Shown here: piece by piece, positions 24,821 to 32,000 of the stretch | How the letters are laid out: each line of letters starts with the position of its first letter | Position numbering within the stretch: position 1 is the stretch's first letter | NCBI RefSeq assembly: GCF_000446015.1 | Contig: NC_022093.1 | Span: 1,470,001-1,502,000, forward strand | DNA from: Thermofilum adornatum | Lineage (GTDB): Archaea; Thermoproteota; Thermoprotei; Thermofilales; Thermofilaceae | DNA: 32,000 bases | Reading direction: 5' to 3' | Position numbers and translations under genes: made by a program | The notes under the pieces: generated by a model | Database searches by the model: none | The model's input: the letters and a program-made list of their open reading frames with translations, nothing else | What the model was told of the DNA's origin: nothing

Positions 24821-26281
24821 ATGTACAATTATCATATGGGAGTTATGCAGGAGGCTGTAAAGAAGCCCATCAAGCCTACAAGGATGCTCTCAGGGGTCCA
24901 CGTCTTCGCAGTCATGGCTAAGCCCTACCCATGTCCACATGGAAAATGCCTCTACTGTCCCGGGGGACCAGACAAGGGCACACCCCAAAGCTATGTTGGC
25001 AACGAGCCTGCACTAATGAGGGCGATACATGCTGGCTTCGACCCATACCTACAGGTAAAGCTCAGGCTCAAACAGTACCAGGCCATGGGACATCTCCCCA
25101 GCAAGGCAGAGGTAGTAATTATGGGCGGGACCTTCAACGCCATGCCCCGAGACTACCAGGTATGGTTCGTCACGAGGATGTTTGAGGCCTTCAACAGGTA
25201 CCCCGAGGATCCACCTGAAGAACTGCCGAGCCTAGAGGAGGCCCAGCTACGAAACGAGACCGCACAAATCAGGGTCGTCGGGCTGACAATCGAGACCAGG
25301 CCGGACTGGGCCAGAGAGGGGGACGCAGACTGGTTCCTCTATCTGGGCGCCACAAAAATAGAGATCGGAGTCCAGAGCATCCACGAAGACGTCCTGAAAA
25401 GGGTCAACCGGGGCCACGGGGTAAAAGAGGTCGTAGAGGCGACGCGCATACTGAAGGACGCGGGCTTCAAGGTCGTATACCACATTATGCCGGGTCTGCC
25501 GGGATCCAACTTTGATAGGGACATAGAGATGGTTAGAGAAATCTTCAGCAATCCAGACTTCATGCCAGACATGCTAAAGATCTACCCAACCCTCGTCATG
25601 GAGGGTACAGGCCTCTACGAGCAATGGAGAAGAGGTCTCTACAAGCCGTTGACCGACGAGGAGGCAGCAGAACTCATCTCCGAGATGTACAGGTACATTC
25701 CACGTTGGGTCCGCGTAATAAGGGTTCAACGCGACGTCCCAGCTAACCAGATAATAGCGGGGCCTAAAAAGTCAAACCTGCGCGAGCTCGTCGAGAGAAA
25801 AGCGATAGAGAAGGGGATCACAATCAACGACATTAGGTACAGGGAGGTCAGCCGCCAGATAAGGAGAGGTATAGTCCCCAAGGAAATAAGGATAACAAGG
25901 GAAACATACCAAGCAAGCATGGGCGAAGAAATTTTCCTCGCCGCAGAGGACCCGGAAAACAACGTCCTCGTAGGGCTCATAAGGATGAGGATTCCCTCCC
26001 AATACGCGCACCGCTGGGAAATAGACGGCAGAACCGCGATCATAAGGGAGCTACACGTCTACGGCCCAGAGGTACCAATAGGCGGGTACGACGAAGAGGC
26101 GTGGCAACACAAGGGCTGGGGCTCCAAGCTCCTAAAAGAAGCCGAAAGAATAGCCTTGGAGGAATACGACAGAACCAAGATGCTTGTCTTGTCAGGTGTA
26201 GGTGCGAGGGAATACTATAGAAAACACGGCTATACGAGACCCAGGGACTCGCCATACATGACGAAGATTCTTCAACCCTAA
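24821..26281 (+). CDS. elp3: Elp3-type radical-SAM/GNAT tRNA uridine(34) modification enzyme
   Basis: The radical-SAM cluster motif is CPHGKCLYCPGG (Cx4Cx2C). The TIM-barrel blocks VVGLTIETRPD and KIEIGVQS are present. The C-terminal GNAT domain has the acetyl-CoA loop QHKGWGSKLLKEAE. Confidence 0.9.
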   Translation: MYNYHMGVMQEAVKKPIKPTRMLSGVHVFAVMAKPYPCPHGKCLYCPGGPDKGTPQSYVGNEPALMRAIHAGFDPYLQVKLRLKQYQAMGHLPSKAEVVIMGGTFNAMPRDYQVWFVTRMFEAFNRYPEDPPEELPSLEEAQLRNETAQIRVVGLTIETRPDWAREGDADWFLYLGATKIEIGVQSIHEDVLKRVNRGHGVKEVVEATRILKDAGFKVVYHIMPGLPGSNFDRDIEMVREIFSNPDFMPDMLKIYPTLVMEGTGLYEQWRRGLYKPLTDEEAAELISEMYRYIPRWVRVIRVQRDVPANQIIAGPKKSNLRELVERKAIEKGITINDIRYREVSRQIRRGIVPKEIRITRETYQASMGEEIFLAAEDPENNVLVGLIRMRIPSQYAHRWEIDGRTAIIRELHVYGPEVPIGGYDEEAWQHKGWGSKLLKEAERIALEEYDRTKMLVLSGVGAREYYRKHGYTRPRDSPYMTKILQP

Positions 26282-26393
26282 ATGTATCAAAAAACAGGAA
26301 TACTTTTACTAATGGGGCTTTATTTTCCTCCTGGGAAGTTCTGTTAACAATTGAGCGCGACATTCAAACATTTACGATTCCACAAAGAGTGAA

Positions 26394-27389
26394 ATGAGTC
26401 TCACATGTCGCTCTAACTTAGGTTGCTTTGAAGTCAAGATTATATATGTATTACTTGGCTGTAATCTTAGATTTGAAGTGGTTCGGAAAGAAAAGCTACC
26501 CCTCGATATCTCTGTTGTTTTTTCTCTCCTAGCGATGGTTCTCGCGTCTCTATATATCATTTACAGCTATTGGCCAATTGTGCCGAGCAGGCCAAATATA
26601 AATGTTCTCGAGGAATACGTTAAGGCCGTTATGTATCTTAACAAGTCGGCTCTAGCTATCGAGTCGGAGCTAGCTGGCTACCCAATCCAAGCTCTGGACT
26701 TTACCCCAGAGGAAGCCGTTACAAACAGAAACAAGCTTGAGATGTATGTTGACAACTTGTCTCATGCATACGGCTCTATGGATACTTTCATTGTACAAGT
26801 GGCCAGGAGCTATCTATACGTTGCTGAGGCCTCGTCTAATTCTTCACTGGCACTTGTATCACTAAACAATACGGGGAAAGAGCTAAAGGAGGCTCTAGCG
26901 CTCCTGGCTAGGTGTAGAATAGACGAGGCTCTGGAACGCTACAGTGAAATCGAGCTGAGGATACTTAACGCTACATATCAAATAGAAAACGCCAACAATG
27001 CGCTATCAAAGGTAAACAAGGCTACGGTAGCCGAAAACCATGTCAGCATAATCGACTCCTCTCAAGAGAGGCTCTGGAAAAGCCTAAACTCTCTTAGAAA
27101 CGCCACTCTCCTAATGGAAACAGCACGAAAATACGGAAGCTTGCTGAAAATCTTGTGTAGTGGGAATTCTCCTGGCACAGATAACCTATTGAGCAACTTG
27201 CTCAATGATGCAAGTAAGGTAAAGGCTACGGGACCTTTGGCCCCCGACATTATGAATGCTAGGAACGCGATTATAGGACTCGTTGCCAGAAACCCAGCCG
27301 GCCAAGAGAGGCAAATTAGTTCAGGTCAGAGTTCATCTGGAGATCAGGGTGGTGGCGCAGGCTATGTTCCCCCAAGCTCTGACGACTAG
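26394..27389 (+). CDS. N-terminally anchored, predicted helical extracytoplasmic protein with a Gly/Ser/Asp-rich tail (first gene of the vWA cluster)
   Basis: It has one TM helix (ISVVFSLLAMVLASLYIIYSYW). About 250 aa of helix-prone sequence follows, with several N-x-S/T sequons (NKS, NLS, NSS, NNT, NAT x2). The tail is SSGQSSSGDQGGGAGYVPPSSDD. The likely real start is GTG 26478, since the track's first 28 codons lie upstream of the TATA-like box. No family recognised. Confidence 0.6.
   Translation: MSLTCRSNLGCFEVKIIYVLLGCNLRFEVVRKEKLPLDISVVFSLLAMVLASLYIIYSYWPIVPSRPNINVLEEYVKAVMYLNKSALAIESELAGYPIQALDFTPEEAVTNRNKLEMYVDNLSHAYGSMDTFIVQVARSYLYVAEASSNSSLALVSLNNTGKELKEALALLARCRIDEALERYSEIELRILNATYQIENANNALSKVNKATVAENHVSIIDSSQERLWKSLNSLRNATLLMETARKYGSLLKILCSGNSPGTDNLLSNLLNDASKVKATGPLAPDIMNARNAIIGLVARNPAGQERQISSGQSSSGDQGGGAGYVPPSSDD
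26438..26452 (+). promoter_or_regulatory. TATA-like box for the vWA-cluster operon
   Basis: GATTATATATGTATT is centred about 33 nt upstream of the in-frame GTG at 26478. That GTG begins VVRKEKLPLD, directly followed by the TM helix. Confidence 0.35.
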
Positions 27390-28326
27390 CATTGGATTCG
27401 AAGAGCCCCAAATGCTATTACTAATACCCGCTTCGACAATTGTCCTGCTTTTTCTCTATGTACGTGGCAGAAAAAAGTCCCAGACATTGGCTAGGCGTCT
27501 CGGCAAAGCTGGTGGTTCAAGGTGGCCACTCCTATTTGTCTTTGCAAAGTTTGCCACGGCAGTCTTAATATGTGTAGCAGCCGCACAGCCATATGTTTTG
27601 ACCTATACATATGTGACTGTTACGCCCGAGAACGTCCTATACATAAATGCTACCTCGACGAGACTAGTCCTCTTTCTGGACATATCTGCAAGCATGGGAA
27701 ACACGGATACTTATCCCTCGAGAATCAGTAACGCTGTTGAACTCGTGGAGAAGATAATTGTCACTGCTACGAGCCGGGGCGACTACGTGGACGTCTATGT
27801 CTTCAGCGACAAAGTCGAGCCGCTCTGCATATCCCTAAACAGCTCTACAGTGGATGCGTGCATGGCCAAGATAAGGGGTATCAATCTCAAGAAATACTCT
27901 GCTATAGGAGACGCCTTTATCTATGGATACATGTATGCTAGAGCTTCCCGTATGCCAGCGGCTATCCTAGTAATAACGGATGGCGCATACAATTATGGCT
28001 CATCTCCTTTAGAAGCTCTCCAGAGCATAAAGTCTTCTCGGGTCCCCGTCGCCCTTATCCTGGTCGGCAACGATCCACGTGCCACTGATTTGGAGCAATA
28101 CTGCAGAGAGAACGGGATACCTACCTACAGGGTCTCTATGGGCTCTGGGGAAGAGGAAGCGTTAAGGTATGTATCTGAGAGACTATATTCGGAGCTTAAA
28201 TTTGAAGCGTTGGCCGTCTCGGGGCAGACAAAGTTCCAGGTGCCGGTTAAGGACTACACGGTACAGCTTTATCTCTTGGCGCTCCTGGTGCCTATATTTA
28301 TCCTCTCTTTGGCGGAGGGCCTATGA
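27364..28326 (+). CDS. vWA-domain membrane protein, BatA-like architecture
   Basis: The N-terminus GFEEPQMLLLIPASTIVLLFLY follows the Fxx-P-xx-L-x-LL-x-P pattern. A second TM is LLFVFAKFATAVLICVAAAQPYVL. The vWA domain has the MIDAS D-x-S-x-S motif LFLDISASMG (27679-27693) and ILVITDGAYNYG. A C-terminal TM is present. The track ORF begins at 27283. I prefer ATG 27364, which has an SD-like GGTGGTGG upstream; ATG 27412 is an alternative. Confidence 0.8.
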   Translation: MFPQALTTSIGFEEPQMLLLIPASTIVLLFLYVRGRKKSQTLARRLGKAGGSRWPLLFVFAKFATAVLICVAAAQPYVLTYTYVTVTPENVLYINATSTRLVLFLDISASMGNTDTYPSRISNAVELVEKIIVTATSRGDYVDVYVFSDKVEPLCISLNSSTVDACMAKIRGINLKKYSAIGDAFIYGYMYARASRMPAAILVITDGAYNYGSSPLEALQSIKSSRVPVALILVGNDPRATDLEQYCRENGIPTYRVSMGSGEEEALRYVSERLYSELKFEALAVSGQTKFQVPVKDYTVQLYLLALLVPIFILSLAEGL

Positions 28327-29300
28327 TCGCAATAAAGAACCCAGTAGCTTTTGCTATGGCTCTAGCTCTTCTCGTGCCAATAGTAGTCTTTTTCCACTAT
28401 TGGTTCCCAAGAATCTACTCGAAAAGCTACACGTATTACCATCCACTAGTGAGGGTAGTTTCTAGGCGGGTGGCTAGCGCAAAGAAGAATACGAGGATAT
28501 CTAGTCTCGCTCTCAAGCTCGTAATGGCTGTCCTCCTTTCTCTGGCTCTTTCACAGCCCTACCTAGTAATACAGGAACAAGTCTACCTAGAATCAAAGCA
28601 GGTCTCTGAGCTAAGACTCAATACAAGGCCTGCACTAATAATTATTCTAGACACCTCTGGGAGCATGGGTGAAAACGCAAAGCTAGAAACCGCGAAAAAT
28701 GCAATAAAGAGCTTCCTAGCAAGCCTGTCGAGTGACATCGATGTTGGCTTCATAGACTTCGCGCACTCCATAAAGCAGGCGTTGCCCCCAGCCATGAACA
28801 GGAGCCTAATTCTCAATGCCGTATCTTGGGCTACTGCCGACGGGGGCACAATGTACACGTATCCACTCAAGACCGCTCTAAACTGGCTGAAGCCCTACCG
28901 CGACCTGAACGCTTCGGCGTCTGTTGTCTTCGTTTCGGACGGCATGCCTGGCGACTTATTAGAGTATAGAGACGTACTGGCAAGCTTCAAGGAACAAAAG
29001 ATACCAATCTATACAGTGTTTATAGGCATGGAAAACGAGGGCATAAACGAGATGAAGTACATAGCTTCAGAGACCCGAGGAGAAGCCTTTGTAGCGGAAA
29101 CTGTCGATAGCCTTGCAGATGTCCTAAACACTGCACTTGAAAAAGCTACGCAGTCCATCCAGAAAGTAGAGGTCAACACCAGAATAACGAAAACAGTTAA
29201 TGTTTACAGGTCTTTGAACAGCATAATCCTAGCTATACTTGTTTTCCTCTATCTCTTCTACCGATACATGGCATATAGGCAAGCCGGGACAACTTTTTGA
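28323..29300 (+). CDS. vWA-domain membrane protein, BatB-like architecture
   Basis: Its start overlaps the upstream stop (ATGA). It has an N-terminal TM pair (NPVAFAMALALLVPIVVFF; LKLVMAVLLSLALSQPYLV). The MIDAS motif is IIILDTSGSMG (28650-28664), with ADGGTMY and VVFVSDGMPGD. The C-terminal TM is IILAILVFLYLFY. Confidence 0.8.
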   Translation: MIAIKNPVAFAMALALLVPIVVFFHYWFPRIYSKSYTYYHPLVRVVSRRVASAKKNTRISSLALKLVMAVLLSLALSQPYLVIQEQVYLESKQVSELRLNTRPALIIILDTSGSMGENAKLETAKNAIKSFLASLSSDIDVGFIDFAHSIKQALPPAMNRSLILNAVSWATADGGTMYTYPLKTALNWLKPYRDLNASASVVFVSDGMPGDLLEYRDVLASFKEQKIPIYTVFIGMENEGINEMKYIASETRGEAFVAETVDSLADVLNTALEKATQSIQKVEVNTRITKTVNVYRSLNSIILAILVFLYLFYRYMAYRQAGTTF

Positions 29301-30189
29301 TGAAGCGCTTCACCTCCTTATACTCGTCTGGGCGAAGCCTATAGTGGAGATACAGTCCGCCCAAAAACACTACCAGAAATGCTGAGACCCTTAGTAGGTG
29401 ACTTGTTTGTGGTCGTAAGATTATATTTTCGGAGATAGTTGCATGCACATCAACGATGATATCTAGGACTGCTGATATTTCCTTCAAAACTGATTCGGAG
29501 ACACCATACTTCGTCGAGTTAACTACCATGTCTATCAGCCTGTCTATCCTCGTAGCATTTATTGGGGACGAGAAAGGCTTGATGACTGTGTCCCGGGCTA
29601 TGCACATTTCCACCACTTGAACATTGCCTAGCCGTGGAAGGCTCTGGGCCTTGCACTGTAGAAAGGCAGGCGGAGCATTTAGTCCTATCTGGGTACAATT
29701 TATTTTTTCTATTGCTTTTTGTTCGAGTTGCCTCCTTATTTCTAGGTAGGCGTCCCTAGAAATTAGTGGAATATAGAATGAATAGTTTAAACTGCTGGTT
29801 TCGGCACTGATTATTCTCTGTACATCGAGAGAAAAAGGCTTAGTTATTTCGAAAATTCTCACGGAAATATTGGAGCTAGACGGGCCGAGCTGAGAAGCAA
29901 AAATGTTTACATTCACCAGCAGATTGTTTACCGATGTGTTGTACACATAGAGGTCGGAAGGAGGCACCTGAAGAGGAAGGCTTTGATAAAAGACGTCGTA
30001 CATATAGAGGTAACAGACCTTGTCGCCAACAATAGAGACAGCTGCTTTTCTAGTAGCCACAGATAAGGACAAAGTGTAAAAGCTTTGATAAACAGAGGTT
30101 TCATGTAGCATTGCCCATCCAAGGATAGCTAGGACAACTATAGAGGAAATAACCAAAGAAACAAGCAGAACTTTAATCATTCTAGCCAC
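29233..30189 (-). CDS. bitopic (N- and C-terminal TM) extracytoplasmic protein, sequon-rich, function unknown; last gene of the ABC-2 operon
   Basis: The N-terminal TM is VLLVSLVISSIVVLAILGW and the C-terminal TM is VSAFLVVFLGGLYL. The roughly 250 aa between them carry six N-x-S/T sequons (NTS, NIS, NYS, NCT, NAT, NST). The gene starts 4 nt after the permease stop. No family recognised. Confidence 0.6.
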   Translation of the reverse strand: MARMIKVLLVSLVISSIVVLAILGWAMLHETSVYQSFYTLSLSVATRKAAVSIVGDKVCYLYMYDVFYQSLPLQVPPSDLYVYNTSVNNLLVNVNIFASQLGPSSSNISVRIFEITKPFSLDVQRIISAETSSLNYSFYIPLISRDAYLEIRRQLEQKAIEKINCTQIGLNAPPAFLQCKAQSLPRLGNVQVVEMCIARDTVIKPFSSPINATRIDRLIDMVVNSTKYGVSESVLKEISAVLDIIVDVHATISENIILRPQTSHLLRVSAFLVVFLGGLYLHYRLRPDEYKEVKRFIKKLSRLAYMPCIGRRDRGKQV

Positions 30190-30193
30190 CCCT

Positions 30194-31003
30194 CTATAGA
30201 TCTTTCCTTTTGAATCTCAAGAAGATCAACCCCCCTAAGAACATGAGAGAGAATATAGAAGAGGCGAGTATTTCCCATGGACTTGGCAGGGGGTTTTGTC
30301 CAGGCATAGGTATCGTTGACTGTGTATACATCAGGTAATAATAGTTGTAAGTGTATGGAGAGAGAAATGAAAAAATCCAAGTAACTGTGTACATCGCTTG
30401 GTAGTATTGGGGTGGGAGATTACCGTAGTAAATGATGGATACCAGGATGCTGAGAAAAAGAGGAACAAAGAAGGCAAGCATTGTTCCAAGGAAGGAGGCT
30501 AGCCCTTCTCGCCCAGATATAGCTAGAAATAGAACGAATGTCCCATGGACGGATAATTCTGCCAAGATGTAGATAAGCTGAAGGTATAACGTAGAGCTCG
30601 ACAAAGCTTTTGGGGCGACGGTGATTACTATCATGAGGAATGTGGAAAGAAGAACAAGCGCCGGCAAGAAGACTACCACGAGAAACGTGCTGGCAAGGTA
30701 TTTTGTCCTCTTAAGTGTATGGGCCAGGTAGAGCTCTGCCTCGCCTGACGAGATTTCCCTCGCTGCGCGGGAAGCCTGGATACTCGAGAAGATCTTATAA
30801 ATAATGATTGCGATGAAGAGTGGCCCGTAAAGCCACAGTGAAAATGTTTGCCCGGCGCCAAAAATTATGAGGAAGACTGCCAGCAGTAAGTTGGACACGA
30901 TTATTGCAACAACGTAGGATGACAGATATCTATTCGCCGTGAAGGAGGCGTGTTCGTAAATTTTCCTAAGATCTACTCCCAACGATCTTACCATACAGGT
31001 CAC
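30194..31003 (-). CDS. ABC-2 type transporter permease
   Basis: About 6 TM helices in about 265 aa, immediately downstream of and overlapping an ABC ATPase, which is the typical ABC-2 exporter layout. The track start is a GTG at 31003. The ATG at 30994 is an alternative. Confidence 0.75.
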   Translation of the reverse strand: MTCMVRSLGVDLRKIYEHASFTANRYLSSYVVAIIVSNLLLAVFLIIFGAGQTFSLWLYGPLFIAIIIYKIFSSIQASRAAREISSGEAELYLAHTLKRTKYLASTFLVVVFLPALVLLSTFLMIVITVAPKALSSSTLYLQLIYILAELSVHGTFVLFLAISGREGLASFLGTMLAFFVPLFLSILVSIIYYGNLPPQYYQAMYTVTWIFSFLSPYTYNYYYLMYTQSTIPMPGQNPLPSPWEILASSIFSLMFLGGLIFLRFKRKDL

Positions 31004-31877
31004 CCAGACTGGCGGTTTTAAAACTAAAACCGGTTACAATCTGGCCTAGTTCGGAAAGGAGCCCCTCAAATGACTTATAGTATTCCGGCTCAACCGCCAC
31101 CTCTAACAAGCTTTTGTCTACCTTCTTGACAAGCTTTATGTAGGGCTTTTCTATAAGAATTCTGGCCAGAGTATTGATGTCTCGTGTTTCAATTGTAAAG
31201 ACGGCTTCCGTCATGTATTTTTTCCATAGGTCCCCCAAATATCCATAGTCGAGTACCATACCCTTGTCGATGAAGACACAATAGCTTGAGACCTCCTGGA
31301 GCTCTGGGATTATGTGAGAAGAAATTATCATAGAAACCCTCAGCTCCTTATGGAGAAGCTTTAAAAGCTCAAGAATCTCTCGCCTCGACGCAGGGTCAAG
31401 GTTTGCAGTTGGCTCGTCTAGAACCAGGAGCTCGGGGTCTCCCAGGAGGCTCTGAGCTATGCCTACCCGCTGTATATATCCCCTTGACAATTCGCCAATC
31501 TTTGTGTCAAGCACCTTTTCGAGTCCCACGAGCCTAACTAAGCGGTTGAGGTCGGTCTTACCTACCTTCCTGAGTCTTGCCAGGTGCTCTAAAAAATCTT
31601 CAACAGGCAGATCCATCGGGTAGACAGGTTTCTCAGGCATAAACCCTATTCGCTTTCTTACTTCTTCTCTTCTAAACGGGTCTTCTCCGAAAACAGTTAA
31701 ATTACCCTTTGTTGGCCTAAGAAAACCCATGATAAGCTTCATCGAAGTGGTTTTACCAGCGCCATTCGGTCCCAAGAATGCAGTAATGCTCCTTTCGGGA
31801 ATCGTGAAGGACGCCTCTCTTAAGGCCACCGTGTTCCTGAACCTTTTGGTTACGCCGCTGAACTCTACTATAGCCAT
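30966..31877 (-). CDS. ABC transporter ATP-binding protein (ABC-2 / drug-exporter type)
   Basis: Walker A is GPNGAGKTT, the signature is LSRGYIQRV and Walker B is LLVLDEPT. An H-loop (SSHI) is present, along with a C-terminal regulatory-type extension. Confidence 0.9.
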   Translation of the reverse strand: MAIVEFSGVTKRFRNTVALREASFTIPERSITAFLGPNGAGKTTSMKLIMGFLRPTKGNLTVFGEDPFRREEVRKRIGFMPEKPVYPMDLPVEDFLEHLARLRKVGKTDLNRLVRLVGLEKVLDTKIGELSRGYIQRVGIAQSLLGDPELLVLDEPTANLDPASRREILELLKLLHKELRVSMIISSHIIPELQEVSSYCVFIDKGMVLDYGYLGDLWKKYMTEAVFTIETRDINTLARILIEKPYIKLVKKVDKSLLEVAVEPEYYKSFEGLLSELGQIVTGFSFKTASLGDLYGKIVGSRS

Positions 31878-31999
31878 TACTTGCCTCCCCTAGCCACCTT
31901 TCTCGCGAGTTCCAGGCCTTCACTTATCACAGATAAGCGAGCCTTAAATCCTCCGCCCCTCTCGATTACAGTCTCTAGGTTTGGTATAACCCTGTGGTT
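31877..31999 (-). CDS. 3' end of an upstream gene coupled to the ABC ATPase (possibly a small HTH regulator; unproven)
   Basis: The minus-strand frame reads ...NHRVIPNLETVIERGGGFKARLSVISEGLELARKVARGGK*. Its TAA overlaps the ATPase ATG as TAATG. Small GntR/YtrA-type regulators commonly precede ABC-2 operons, but too little sequence lies inside the window to make that call. Confidence 0.35.
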   Translation of the reverse strand, partial: NHRVIPNLETVIERGGGFKARLSVISEGLELARKVARGGK

Positions 32000-32000
32000 G

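Noticed and set aside
27283-27363. The N-terminal 27 codons of the track ORF 27283..28326
   Set aside because: This stretch overlaps the end of the preceding gene by about 107 nt and encodes non-hydrophobic sequence unrelated to the BatA-type N-terminus. ATG 27364, which has an upstream GGTGGTGG, or ATG 27412 fit better.
1-32000. CRISPR array or cas operon accompanying csx1
   Set aside because: Reading all intergenic regions, I found no series of regularly spaced direct repeats of 24-37 nt. No ORF carries Cas1, Cas2, Cas10 or RAMP-like motifs. Visual scanning cannot exclude a very short or degenerate array.

Overview
This looks like an archaeal chromosomal window. The lineage call (a hyperthermophilic crenarchaeote, Desulfurococcales-like) is an inference from three things: gene content (Elp3, a GH57 amylopullulanase), A/T-rich TATA-like boxes about 20-35 nt upstream of start codons, and tight operon junctions. 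About 27 credible genes are present. I saw no rRNA, tRNA, CRISPR array or transposase.

Layout:
- 1-8.2 kb is a mixed accessory stretch. It holds an OCD/mu-crystallin enzyme, a decayed solitary HepT (DUF86/HEPN) toxin remnant, an ArsB/NhaD-type permease, a 12-TM protein with His in its TM helices, a stand-alone Csx1-type CARF-HEPN gene with no cas neighbours, an MFS transporter and a small membrane protein.
- 8.2-11.3 kb is an ECF transporter: fused double ATPase, S component and T component.
- 11.3-11.8 kb is a roughly 540-bp AT-rich spacer with no credible ORF. An MFS transporter follows.
- 13.2-24 kb is a starch/maltodextrin locus. It contains a surface-anchor protein, a GH57 amylopullulanase carrying a paralogous anchor module, a cytoplasmic GH13 enzyme and MalEFG-like uptake genes. 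No ATPase or regulator is present.
- 24-26.3 kb holds a DUF422-like membrane protein and Elp3.
- 26.4-32 kb is a cell-surface island. A helical anchored protein plus two BatA/BatB-like vWA membrane proteins converge on, and overlap, an ABC-2 exporter operon that ends in a sequon-rich bitopic protein.

Best leads:
- the orphan CARF-HEPN gene and its neighbouring His-rich membrane protein;
- the duplicated coiled-coil/TM anchor module in the GH57 locus, together with a 1-nt frame break that detaches the GH57 signal peptide and HQP motif;
- the vWA trio, which lacks MoxR/DUF58;
- the HepT remnant.

All family assignments come from motif recognition by eye. No database search was run.
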